A DNA stretch of 56,238 nt from contig JAFGEN010000136.1 of NCBI GenBank assembly GCA_016931595.1, positions 1 through 56,238 of the forward strand, given 5' to 3'. The translations under genes were made by a program, and so were the position numbers. A model generated the notes under the pieces. That model was not told where the DNA came from. It searched no databases and saw only the letters and a program-made list of their open reading frames with translations. Positions within the stretch are counted from its first letter, which is position 1. Each line of letters opens with the position of its first letter. The DNA comes from Candidatus Aminicenantes bacterium (GTDB lineage: Bacteria > Acidobacteriota > Aminicenantia > Aminicenantales > UBA4085). Shown in pieces: positions 1 to 8,905 of the stretch.

Positions 1-861
1 ACCTTCTTCGGTTTCTTTTATATCCGGGATGTCATCCGGAAACGACAGACATTTTCCGCAAAGCCCTGGCCGGCCTTGGCGGGAACCGGCTTCCTGACCA
101 ATATGCTGGACACCCTCGGCATCGGCAGCTTCGCCCAGCAGACCGCCATTTTCAAGTTCTTCAAGCTGGTCGACGACCGCATCATCCCGGGAACGATGAA
201 CGTCGGCAACACCATCCCGACGGTGACCCAGGCCTTCATCTTCATGACGGCCGTGAAAGTTGACCCCGTCACCCTTGTGGCGATGTCGGTCGCTGCGCCG
301 ACCGGGGCGGTTCTGGGGGCCGGGGTCGTGGCCCGAATGGAGCGTTACAAAATCCAATTGGGCATGGGAATCGGGTTGCTTGTCGTCGCCCTGATCTTTC
401 TGGCCGGCCAATTCAACCTGATGCCTATCGGTGGAGAGGCCATTGGGCTGACGGGCTGGAAGCTGATCCTTGTCACCGTCCTGAGTTTTATTTTTGGCGC
501 CCTTCAGACCATCGGGATCGGATTTTATGCGCCGTGCATGGCCATGGTCTACGCCCTAGGGATGCACCCGTTGACGGCTTTCCCGATTATGATGACAGCG
601 ACGGCGATGCTCATGGCCGCCGGAAGCACCCGATTTGTCACGGCCGGGGCTTATGACCGAAAAACCGCCATTCTCCTGACCCTTGGCGGAATTGCCGGCG
701 TTTTCGTCGCTGCCTTCATCGTCAAATCCCTGCCCCTGACCGTTCTCAAGTGGATTGTCAGCGGCGTGGTGCTTTACACTTCGATCTGGATGTTCATGTG
801 CGCGGCCCAGTCGAGAAAATGCGCCGTCGGACCGTTGGGCAAAGAACCGTCGGGGTCCTGA
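1..861 (+). CDS. TSUP/TauE-SafE-like anion exporter family membrane protein (5' partial)
   Basis: Frame 1 is open from nt 1 to the TGA at 859-861. The protein has multiple Gly/Ala-rich hydrophobic helices typical of TauE/SafE permeases. The first start in the track (76) is TTG, so the true start is probably upstream of the window. Confidence 0.65.
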   Translation, partial: TFFGFFYIRDVIRKRQTFSAKPWPALAGTGFLTNMLDTLGIGSFAQQTAIFKFFKLVDDRIIPGTMNVGNTIPTVTQAFIFMTAVKVDPVTLVAMSVAAPTGAVLGAGVVARMERYKIQLGMGIGLLVVALIFLAGQFNLMPIGGEAIGLTGWKLILVTVLSFIFGALQTIGIGFYAPCMAMVYALGMHPLTAFPIMMTATAMLMAAGSTRFVTAGAYDRKTAILLTLGGIAGVFVAAFIVKSLPLTVLKWIVSGVVLYTSIWMFMCAAQSRKCAVGPLGKEPSGS

Positions 862-1017
862 AGACGGGACGGAACTCGGTTCAATCATCTTTAATCGAGT
901 CGGCTTCGAGCATCATGCGGCTCGAAGTTCAAGATCAGGTCGTCTTGAATTTCTCATCAAAACAGTGTTAGAAATAAGAAGAATTTCTATGAACTTCTGA
1001 CTCAAGGGGAGTGCCCG

Positions 1018-2691
1018 ATGAATCAGGCGACGCTTCTCCATGCCGTACGGTTTGCGCTCGTGGGGTTGCTGTTGACGGCGGGAGCGGCGGGTCAAGCGGT
1101 CAACGGCTCACGGACGAAAGACGAACAGGCCGTCCTGAATAAGCTGACCGCCTATATTCAGAAGGCCTTCACCGGCCAATGGCAGGCCGGCTGCCGTGAA
1201 GATATCGAGCGAAGCGAAAACCGGTATACGGACGTATTGACCAAGCGTTCGACCGGAGAGAATGTCCGACGATGGGAACTGCGGAAAACAGTTGTAACGA
1301 AGACGACGTACGAATATCGGCTCTATTTGAAGGGAAAGAAGATCACCGGAAAAAGGTATTCTCAAGCCGCCGACAACGAGCTCCTTTACGAGGGAAAAGA
1401 TACGGGGATCATCTTTCCGTACGAAACGCCGAGGGTCATCCGCCATCCGATGGAATACCTGGCCATGATCGGCAGGGGAGAGACGTCGTACCGGGTCGAC
1501 GGCCGTGAACGAGTCGGTGATTTCGAGGCCTGGGTCATCCGATTTTCCACGAAGGCCGCGGCCGGAGGTCGTTTGGAATTGCTATCCGGGGTGATCTGGC
1601 TTCATCCTGAGTCCGGGGCGGTCCGAAGAATGGATTTGGACCCGAAAAGCTGGCTGTTTTTCGCAAAGGAGGAGATTCCGAAAGAGTTCGGGGAAGTCAG
1701 GCGTTACGGGCATGCGGCCGCTCTGCGGGAATTGTCGTGGAGGGCGGAATTCGACCTTGAGACGGATGTAGGGATTAATTTTCCAAGCCGTGTTGAGGTT
1801 GCCGAGTCTTATGAAGACGGATTCGGGGAGAAGGTCAAAACAAATGAATGGACGATCCGCTATGGTGAATTCAGGTTTGAACACGGTGGACCGGGTCAAG
1901 CCGCCGCGCCGGAACATCCGATATTGAAGAAAGCGGCTGTTTACTGCGAACGATTGAAGACGATCGCCCTCCAGTATTATTGCGAAGAACACATTGAACG
2001 GACCTCGTATTTCTATGATGTCAGGCGTTATATCAAGTCATCAGGACTGGAGAATGTCGGATTGCCTCGCAAGAGGTGGACTCCGAAACGGTCCATGTCG
2101 AAACAGATCGTCTATGATTATCAATTGCTCAAGAAGGGCGAGCAATTGGAGGAAAAGCGAAGGGTTTTAAAGGTCGACGGGAAGGAATGGAGCGGCCGGA
2201 ACGAGCCGGAAAATATTCTTCCATACCAAGCAAGATATATCGTATATGGCCCGATTGGATTTCTCAGCACAACGTGGCAGAACGCTTTTGAGTACTTTGA
2301 AGAAGGAGAAAAGCGGTTGCCTGAAGAAGGCCGGCGAATGAGGATTTTCACATCGCAGCCGAACGAATTCAGAGAAGACAACAGTGTCTACGGGCGTCTT
2401 TGGATCGATCCGGAAACCGGAGCAGTCAGATGGATTTCATGGGATCACGAGTCGATCGATTTTTTTGATCCTGACGATGTTCCGGAGATGTTCAAGGGGC
2501 TGGAAAAGCAGCTGACCTGGGAGGCTTACTATAACGTCGAGAAGAACGGGATCTATTTTCCAAGTCGGCAGGTCATCAGAGAGGAATATCTCGGCCCTGC
2601 GGGAGAGGTGATCCCGGGCGACGTCTGGATCGTGACGTACGAGAATTATAAGTTTTTCACAGTGGACATAGACTACGAAATTAAGAAGTAG
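1018..2691 (+). CDS. Secreted hypothetical protein with two homologous halves (LolA/RseB-like flavour)
   Basis: ATG at 1018 is preceded by AAGGGGA. The N-terminus has a signal-like segment (LLHAVRFALVGLLLTAGAAGQA). The sequence shows an internal duplication (WLHPESGAVRRMDLD vs WIDPETGAVRWISWD; INFPSRVEVAESY vs IYFPSRQVIREEY). Confidence 0.6.
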   Translation: MNQATLLHAVRFALVGLLLTAGAAGQAVNGSRTKDEQAVLNKLTAYIQKAFTGQWQAGCREDIERSENRYTDVLTKRSTGENVRRWELRKTVVTKTTYEYRLYLKGKKITGKRYSQAADNELLYEGKDTGIIFPYETPRVIRHPMEYLAMIGRGETSYRVDGRERVGDFEAWVIRFSTKAAAGGRLELLSGVIWLHPESGAVRRMDLDPKSWLFFAKEEIPKEFGEVRRYGHAAALRELSWRAEFDLETDVGINFPSRVEVAESYEDGFGEKVKTNEWTIRYGEFRFEHGGPGQAAAPEHPILKKAAVYCERLKTIALQYYCEEHIERTSYFYDVRRYIKSSGLENVGLPRKRWTPKRSMSKQIVYDYQLLKKGEQLEEKRRVLKVDGKEWSGRNEPENILPYQARYIVYGPIGFLSTTWQNAFEYFEEGEKRLPEEGRRMRIFTSQPNEFREDNSVYGRLWIDPETGAVRWISWDHESIDFFDPDDVPEMFKGLEKQLTWEAYYNVEKNGIYFPSRQVIREEYLGPAGEVIPGDVWIVTYENYKFFTVDIDYEIKK

Positions 2692-2926
2692 GGTATTGCC
2701 GTCCCGTTAGAGAATTCCACAAATGCCCCGAAAGAGGGCAAAAAGATATCCACAAAGGACACATAAGGCTAAAGTGTAGATAATAATAAGAATACAGCAT
2801 ATATAATAATGGGTCGCATAACATATATTATGTAAACTAAAGAATGAAGCGGGTGTGTCTCAGGTTGTATAGCGGATTATAGGCCTCAACATCTAGTCTT
2901 GATGATGGATGGGACAGCCGGGAGAT

Positions 2927-3736
2927 TCAGCTGCGGCCGGCTTTCAACTTAGAAATCAGATCTTCGAGTACTTTGATGATCTCGGAGCGGTTTACAGTTT
3001 CTTTCCTGAACTCGATTTTCAAGTTGAAGGAACGATCTTCCTTGGGGCGATAACTAAAGACATAATGCTTCGGCTTTGTCTTTAAAGTTTCCTTGTCTTT
3101 GAACATTTTTGTCAAATCGCGGGTATCGGCCCTCTTCAAGTTCTGATTTCTTATGCTCTCGAGCAGGACTTTCATTTCTTCTTCTGTTTTCATCTTAGAT
3201 ATTTCGATTAAAAGGCTGCGGTTTTTGTCCAGACCCGCGGAATGACAGGCTTGGCGGAGAGCGCCAGGAATACGGCTGAGGTTTATGATTTCCGTGATTG
3301 TCGACCTGGCCTTTCCTATTTTACTTGATATGTCCGCATGGCTGTAGTTGTAAATTTCAATCAAGGCCTTCAAACCGTCTGCTTCCTCAAAAAGATCCAA
3401 ATCCTTTCTCTGAAGATTTTCGATCAAAGAAATTTCCATCGCTTCGCTTTCGGTCACATCCATGAGAATAGCGGGGACTTCTTTGAATCCGGCATTTTTT
3501 GAGGCGACATAACGGCGCTCTCCGGCAATAATCTCGAACCTATCCCCTATCTGTCGAAGAAGAATGGGCTCGAGAACACCCTTCGACTTGATTGAGTCCG
3601 TCAGCTCTTGAATGTTTCCAAGGTCGCATCGGGCTTGGCGGGGATTGGGGTCGATCTTCTCGACGGCGATTAATCGAACGATAGGTCCCGATTTTTGTGC
3701 AGAAATGAATTCAACGAAATGAGGATCGTGCCTCAT
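2927..3736 (-). CDS. parB: ParB/Spo0J family partition protein
   Basis: Motifs seen: IDPNPRQAR, GVLEPILL, IIAGERRYVASK (arginine patch) and an HTH-like segment SKIGKARSTITEIINL. The start is set at the internal ATG 3736 (MRHDPHF) because the longer ORF to 3838 would overlap parA by 74 nt. Confidence 0.85.
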   Translation of the reverse strand: MRHDPHFVEFISAQKSGPIVRLIAVEKIDPNPRQARCDLGNIQELTDSIKSKGVLEPILLRQIGDRFEIIAGERRYVASKNAGFKEVPAILMDVTESEAMEISLIENLQRKDLDLFEEADGLKALIEIYNYSHADISSKIGKARSTITEIINLSRIPGALRQACHSAGLDKNRSLLIEISKMKTEEEMKVLLESIRNQNLKRADTRDLTKMFKDKETLKTKPKHYVFSYRPKEDRSFNLKIEFRKETVNRSEIIKVLEDLISKLKAGRS

Positions 3737-3764
3737 TGTGATTGTTTCCGGTAGTCCGGATCGT

Positions 3765-4571
3765 TTAGTTTTTTGCACGTTCCAATATCTCCTGAGCGAC
3801 CTTTTGATATTGCTGGGCTCCGATTGAAGATGCCGCAAAAGTGAAAATAGATTCTTTGTAGGCAGGACTCTCTTCGATTTTCACGCTTTTTGAAATCGTC
3901 GTCTTGAATACCTTGTCACCAAAAACATGTGAAATCCTGGACACAACATCCTTGGCAATATTGGTTCGATTATCATGCAAAGTAATAAGGACGCCGAGAA
4001 TTTGAAGATTTGGATTTGCGACTTTGCGAACTTTATCGATTGTTTCGAGAAGGTCGTCAGTTCCCTCAAGACATAAAAAAGAAGATTGAATTGGAATCAA
4101 AAGATGAGTCGCCGCGACGAGGGAATTCAATGTGATCAAGCCGAGAGTGGGCGGCGTATCGATGAAGATAAAGTTGTAAAGCCCCCTCACCTGTTCAAGA
4201 ACTTCTTTCAAGCGAAAGTGCCCGTCGATTTGCCCTAGGAGCGACGGCTCCAGTTTTGCCATCGATATCCGAGATATCGCAACATCCAATCCCGGGACTG
4301 TTGATTTCATAATGATGTCGGCAATGGGTATATTGGGGCTCATTAAAGCATCGTACAAAGAACTTGCGCACTTATCGGTGCCAACGACGAGAGACTTGGT
4401 GCTGTGAGCTTGAGAATCGGTGTCGACGAGAAGAACCCTTTTTCCATGAAAAGCTAACGCCGCGGCAATATTGACCGCAGTCGTCGTTTTCCCGACCCCG
4501 CCTTTTTGATTTGTTACTGCAACAACCACGTGGCCTCCATTCAAATTATCAATAAGATAAATCAAATGCAT
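3765..4571 (-). CDS. parA: ParA/Soj family partition ATPase
   Basis: Deviant Walker A motif NQKGGVGKTTTAVN, followed by LLVDTDSQ and a length typical of Soj-type ParA. The ORF-track start at 4583 decodes as TTG, so ATG 4571 (MHLIYL) is preferred. Confidence 0.88.
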   Translation of the reverse strand: MHLIYLIDNLNGGHVVVAVTNQKGGVGKTTTAVNIAAALAFHGKRVLLVDTDSQAHSTKSLVVGTDKCASSLYDALMSPNIPIADIIMKSTVPGLDVAISRISMAKLEPSLLGQIDGHFRLKEVLEQVRGLYNFIFIDTPPTLGLITLNSLVAATHLLIPIQSSFLCLEGTDDLLETIDKVRKVANPNLQILGVLITLHDNRTNIAKDVVSRISHVFGDKVFKTTISKSVKIEESPAYKESIFTFAASSIGAQQYQKVAQEILERAKN

Positions 4572-4604
4572 TTTAAAATGCAACCTAAATAATTGACACA
4601 GACA

Positions 4605-4620
4605 TGTCGGCCGGCCGACA
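4605..4620. promoter_or_regulatory. Perfect 16-bp palindrome TGTCGGCCGGCCGACA upstream of parA (candidate operator or parS-like site)
   Basis: I read the sequence directly and checked it by reverse complement. It lies 34-49 nt upstream of the parA ATG as a GC-rich block inside an AT-rich spacer. It has the same length and TGT...ACA ends as the canonical parS TGTTNCACGTGAAACA, but a different core. Confidence 0.35.
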
Positions 4621-5059
4621 ATTTGCGTAATTAATACATAACAAACACTATATAAGGTATGATGATTAAGGATTATTTTTTAACGGGCCATGTGAGCTGA
4701 CTCAAGACAACAATGACTCGTCTGCGCTGTTGGAAGCAGTTCGCAGCAAGACAAGCACGGTTTTTGAATACAACATCCTCGATTTAAACAAAAATTCAGG
4801 CGTCGACACCCTCCGCCCCTTGCACCCGAAGCGATGTTGCGTTTTTTATCAAATAATCGAAATCGTTTTGCGGCAATGGATTTGGAGGACATATCGACTC
4901 GCAAATAATCCGGATTAAGTATCAAAAAACGATAGATAAAGTAATATTAAAGATATTTTTGAATAACGATTGATTTGGAGGGCTTCCTGGAATATCATTT
5001 TTCGGAATCAAAGTGGATAAGAATCTAGTATATATATTATAATCAACTACATAGCCAAT

Positions 5060-6436
5060 ATGCTCAAAGAAAATAGACTGATGGGCCTCTTTGATGCGAC
5101 TTCTCTTGTCGTGGGGGCGGTGATCGGATCGGGAATTTTTCTGACATCCGGAATCATCGCCGATTATCTTCCCTCTTCCGGAATGATGCTCATCGCCTGG
5201 TTTGCCGCCGGACTCGTGACGATTCTGGGAGCTCTTTGTTATGGAGAATTGGGATCGATGTATCCGAGGGCCGGAGGGGCTTATGTCTATCTCAAGGAGG
5301 CGTTCGGGCCGGTACCCGCTTTTCTTTTCGGATGGACATTTTTTATCATTATCGGCGCGGCGGGAGTGGCTGCCATCGCGATGGGATTCGCGGAATATTT
5401 CGAATCTCTTGTTCCAATATTTACAGATGGCGAAAAAATCCTTGGAGTGAACGGACCTCAAGTTATCGCCGTCGCGGCGATTGTCGGTTTGTCTTTTTTT
5501 AATGTTTCGGGACTGCGCACAAGCTACCGGGGTCAAACATTTATTACAGTGATCCGCCTCGCGGTCTTGGGGGTCATGATAGCCGCAGGAATCATTTTCG
5601 GCCTGAAAACCGGAGGAAAAAACCTTCAGCCGGTCTTTCCTTCCGGAGGAAATTGGCCTTCTTTGACCGCCTGGGGAGCGGCTATCATTACCGCCCTCTG
5701 GTCATTCGACGGATGGTATTCGGTTGCCTGTACGGCTGAGGAAATCCGGAATCCGAAACGGAATGTGCCCCGGGCATTGGTTATGGGCACTGCTTTGGTC
5801 ATGATCATCTATTTGGCCGTAAACCTTGTCTACGGATTGACGCTCCCTATAGAGGGGCTTCGAGGGACGATCCGGGTCGGCGAGGCGGCCTTTATCACGA
5901 TGGCCGGCCCTTCCGCCGCCCCGGTCTTTTCGGCGGTTGTCGCCCTGACCATCTTCGGCTGCCTTTCCGCCAATATCTTCTATTGTGCCAGAGTTCCTTA
6001 TGCCATGGCCCGCGACGGATTGTTTTTCCCCACCCTCGGCAGGCTGCATCCCCGAAAAGGGATCCCCGTCCGGGCTCTTTGGGCCCAAACAGCGGTTGCG
6101 GGCGTCTTGATCCTCACCGGTACATTCCAAAGGCTTGTCGATTATGTCCTGTTCGGCCTGGTCGCCTTTTTCGCCGCGACGGGTGCGGCGTTGATCGTCC
6201 TGCGTCGAAAAGAGCCCGGACGGGACCGGCCGTACAGACTGAGGCTCTATCCGTTCATCCCTCTCGCTTTTATTGCGGTCAATTCTGCAATTTTCATCGC
6301 CCTGGCCCTCGAACATCCGGGTCAGGCCGTGGTGGCTCTCCTGTTGATCTGCAGCGGCGGTCCGGCCTTTTTTATCTGGAATGCCCGCCGGAAAGTCAAT
6401 CCGCCGGGCAACGAGGAAATACCCGGAGGTCAATGA
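5060..6436 (+). CDS. APC superfamily amino acid/amine permease
   Basis: N-terminal signature FDATSLVVGAVIGSGIF...YGELGSMYPRAGGAYVY and about 12 hydrophobic segments. The stop at 6434-6436 lies 1 nt before the next start. Confidence 0.85.
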   Translation: MLKENRLMGLFDATSLVVGAVIGSGIFLTSGIIADYLPSSGMMLIAWFAAGLVTILGALCYGELGSMYPRAGGAYVYLKEAFGPVPAFLFGWTFFIIIGAAGVAAIAMGFAEYFESLVPIFTDGEKILGVNGPQVIAVAAIVGLSFFNVSGLRTSYRGQTFITVIRLAVLGVMIAAGIIFGLKTGGKNLQPVFPSGGNWPSLTAWGAAIITALWSFDGWYSVACTAEEIRNPKRNVPRALVMGTALVMIIYLAVNLVYGLTLPIEGLRGTIRVGEAAFITMAGPSAAPVFSAVVALTIFGCLSANIFYCARVPYAMARDGLFFPTLGRLHPRKGIPVRALWAQTAVAGVLILTGTFQRLVDYVLFGLVAFFAATGAALIVLRRKEPGRDRPYRLRLYPFIPLAFIAVNSAIFIALALEHPGQAVVALLLICSGGPAFFIWNARRKVNPPGNEEIPGGQ

Positions 6437-6437
6437 C

Positions 6438-8252
6438 ATGTCCCCCCTCGTCTCGGTTTTATCATCCGGCCGGCGGATTTCATCCGATTCGGGCGAACTT
6501 CTCAGCGACCTCCTTGTCCGGGAAGGCATTCCCATCAACCTCTACTGCGGACGCCGGGGCGTTTGCGGGAAATGCTTCGTCGAAGTCCTTTCCGGAGACC
6601 TGCCTCAGGCAGATGAGCGCGAACGGACTCTGGCCAAGGCCAGGAATCTGGACCCTGGACGCTTCCGCCTGTCCTGTCGTATCGCCGTCAGGACGGATAT
6701 GACGATCCGCATTCCGGACGCCGCCATGATCCCGAAAACCAGAATTCTCGCCGGGGGGGCGGGAAAGGACGTCATTCTCGATCCCACCGTCAGAAAAATT
6801 CCAGTCCGGCCGCGCCGGCCTGGTCTTCATTCTCCCCACGCCTTGATCGAGGGCTTGAAAACCGGACTCGGGCTTCCCGGCCTTCGCCTGTCGCCCGAAG
6901 CTCTCTTTTCCGCGGCCGCTGCGCTGTCCGGATCGCCGGACGAGGATCCCATGGTGACGGCCGTCCTGGGGTCCGGCGACGAGCTGCGCGGCGTCGAGCG
7001 GGGGGACACGTCTTCCCGCCTCTTTGGCCTGGCCCTTGACCTCGGGACGACGACCCTGGCCGCCGAACTGGTCGATCTCGGAACCGGTTCCGTCATCGCC
7101 ACGGCCGTGGGACTCAACGGTCAAGCCGCTTTCGGGGCTGATGTCGTCAGCCGGATCAGTGCGGCCTTCCATGATCCTGTCCAGGCGGCCTCGCTTCGGA
7201 ATACCGTGATCGCCTCGGCCAACGCGCTCTTGTCCGACCTGCAGGCGGCGGCCCGGATCGAACCGAATGAAATCTACGAAACGGTCATTGCCGGAAATAC
7301 CGCGATGAGCCATTTCTTTCTCGGCCTCCCGGTCGACGGGCTGGCCGTCGCTCCATTCGCCGGTATTTTTGCCGTCGCCCCTCCCCTCCCCGCCGACCGG
7401 AGCGGCCTGCGCGTCAATCCTCTCGGCCGGGTCTACTTCGCTCCCAACCTCCAGAGCTTCGTCGGCGGCGACGTCACGGCCGGCGTCACGGCGACCGACC
7501 TGCCCTCCCGGCCCGGGACGGTTCTTTTCCTCGACCTGGGGACCAACGGCGAGCTCGTCCTCAAAACGGAGCGGGGCATGACTTCAACCTCGACCGCAGC
7601 CGGGCCGGCTTTCGAGGGAGCGTCCATCTCCTGCGGTCTGCCCGCCCAGGACGGGGCGATCGACCGGGCCATCCTGAATGAAGACGGCGGGATCGAGGTC
7701 GGCCTCATCGGCGAGGGAACCGCCCGCGGCGTCTGCGGGACAGGGCTGGTCGACTTGATGGCCGCTTTTCTTCGCCGGGGGGATCTCTCCCCCGACGGCA
7801 GGATTCTCCGTCCGGATAAACGCCTTCCGGTCGCGCCCGGCGTTTTTCTTACTCCGCAGGATGTCCGCGAGGTCCAATTGGCGGCGGCCGCAGTGAAAAC
7901 CGGTATCAGGATGCTTCTTCAATCCGCCCGGCTCGACGTCTTCGACCTGGACGAAATCCTGGTCGCCGGAGCGTTTGGGGCCTATCTCAACATCGAAAAC
8001 GCGGAGGCGATCGGACTTCTGCCCCGGCTTCCAGGGCGGGTCCGGTTTGTCGGCAACTCGTCGCTCGAAGGGGCCCGGGCCCTGCTGGTTTCAGGCCGGG
8101 AGAGGCTCCGGGCGGAGGGGCTGACCCGGATCATCACCCACCTGCCGCTCGCCCGCGACGCGGTTTTTGAGAACGTATTTATCGAGGCCCTGGCCTTCCG
8201 GGAGTGGCCGGAGAGTCCGGCTCAGGCCCAAAATCCAAAGGAGGATTCATGA
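6438..8252 (+). CDS. RACo/RamA-like corrinoid reductive activase (N-terminal 2Fe-2S ferredoxin plus ASKHA ATPase domain)
   Basis: Plant-type ferredoxin Cys pattern (CGRRGVCGKC...LSC) and ASKHA phosphate-1 motif (LDLGTTTLAAELVDL) followed by DLGTNGE. GGAGG at 6426-6430 precedes ATG 6438. Confidence 0.78.
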   Translation: MSPLVSVLSSGRRISSDSGELLSDLLVREGIPINLYCGRRGVCGKCFVEVLSGDLPQADERERTLAKARNLDPGRFRLSCRIAVRTDMTIRIPDAAMIPKTRILAGGAGKDVILDPTVRKIPVRPRRPGLHSPHALIEGLKTGLGLPGLRLSPEALFSAAAALSGSPDEDPMVTAVLGSGDELRGVERGDTSSRLFGLALDLGTTTLAAELVDLGTGSVIATAVGLNGQAAFGADVVSRISAAFHDPVQAASLRNTVIASANALLSDLQAAARIEPNEIYETVIAGNTAMSHFFLGLPVDGLAVAPFAGIFAVAPPLPADRSGLRVNPLGRVYFAPNLQSFVGGDVTAGVTATDLPSRPGTVLFLDLGTNGELVLKTERGMTSTSTAAGPAFEGASISCGLPAQDGAIDRAILNEDGGIEVGLIGEGTARGVCGTGLVDLMAAFLRRGDLSPDGRILRPDKRLPVAPGVFLTPQDVREVQLAAAAVKTGIRMLLQSARLDVFDLDEILVAGAFGAYLNIENAEAIGLLPRLPGRVRFVGNSSLEGARALLVSGRERLRAEGLTRIITHLPLARDAVFENVFIEALAFREWPESPAQAQNPKEDS

Positions 8253-8905
8253 ACGCTGACCTTTTTTCGGCTATGGCCAGGGCCGTTGTCGACGGTGACG
8301 CAGCCGCCGCGGCTGAATTGGCCCAAAACGCCCTGGCCGGACATATTCCCCCGGCCGAAGCCCTCGACAAGGGATTCGTTCCCGGGATTCGGACCGTCGG
8401 CGGGCTCTGGGAAGATGGTGAGTATTTTTTACCGGAGCTGATCGCCTCGGCTGAGGCGATGAAGGCGGCCGCCGCCGTCCTTCGACCCGCCCTGGAAGCG
8501 GCCGGCTCGACCTCGGATGCTCCCGGGACGGTTGTCATTGGAACCATCGAGGGGGATATCCACGACATCGGGAAGAACCTGGTCTCGGCCATGTTGACGG
8601 CCAACGGATTCAAGGTCATCGACCTCGGGGCCGACGTCAAGCTTACGGTGTTTCTCGAAACCGCGGAAAGCGCCGGGGCCGATCTCATCTGCCTGTCGGC
8701 TCTGTTGACGACGACCATGCTCGGCCAGCGGCGGTTCATCGAACTGCTGGTCGAACGGGGACTCCGGAGCCGCTTCAAAGTCCTGGTCGGAGGCGCTCCG
8801 ACGTCCCGAAAATGGGCCGAGGAGATCGGCGCCGATGGGTACGGCGAAAGCGCCCCTGCCGCCGTCAGGGAAGCCCTGGCTCTCTTGGGGAAGGTGTCGT
8901 CGTGA
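8249..8905 (+). CDS. Cobalamin-binding corrinoid protein (MtgC/MttC-like)
   Basis: B12-binding DxHxxG motif (GDIHDIGKN) with a downstream SALLTTT segment and an N-terminal cap helix domain. The ATG at 8249 overlaps the upstream TGA (ATGA). Confidence 0.85.
   Translation: MNADLFSAMARAVVDGDAAAAAELAQNALAGHIPPAEALDKGFVPGIRTVGGLWEDGEYFLPELIASAEAMKAAAAVLRPALEAAGSTSDAPGTVVIGTIEGDIHDIGKNLVSAMLTANGFKVIDLGADVKLTVFLETAESAGADLICLSALLTTTMLGQRRFIELLVERGLRSRFKVLVGGAPTSRKWAEEIGADGYGESAPAAVREALALLGKVSS

Noticed and set aside
4680-4925. 81-aa (-) and 62-aa (+) ORFs in the parA-permease spacer, and the possibility of a riboswitch (for example cobalamin) ahead of the permease/corrinoid operon.
   Set aside because: The ORFs have no RBS and an odd composition. 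I could not find a B12-box or any other riboswitch core I recognise. The region is kept only as an unusually long AT-rich spacer. An Rfam scan would settle it.
2713-5020. DnaA-box-like 9-mers in the AT-rich spacers: ATATCCACA at 2746-2754, AATTCCACA at 2713-2721, and AGTGGATAA at 5012-5020. These could suggest an oriC next to parAB.
   Set aside because: There are only two 8/9 matches and one 6/9 match, spread over 2.3 kb of AT-rich DNA. There is no box cluster, no recognisable DUE repeats, and no dnaA or dnaN nearby. This is within chance expectation. GC-skew analysis of the whole replicon would be needed.
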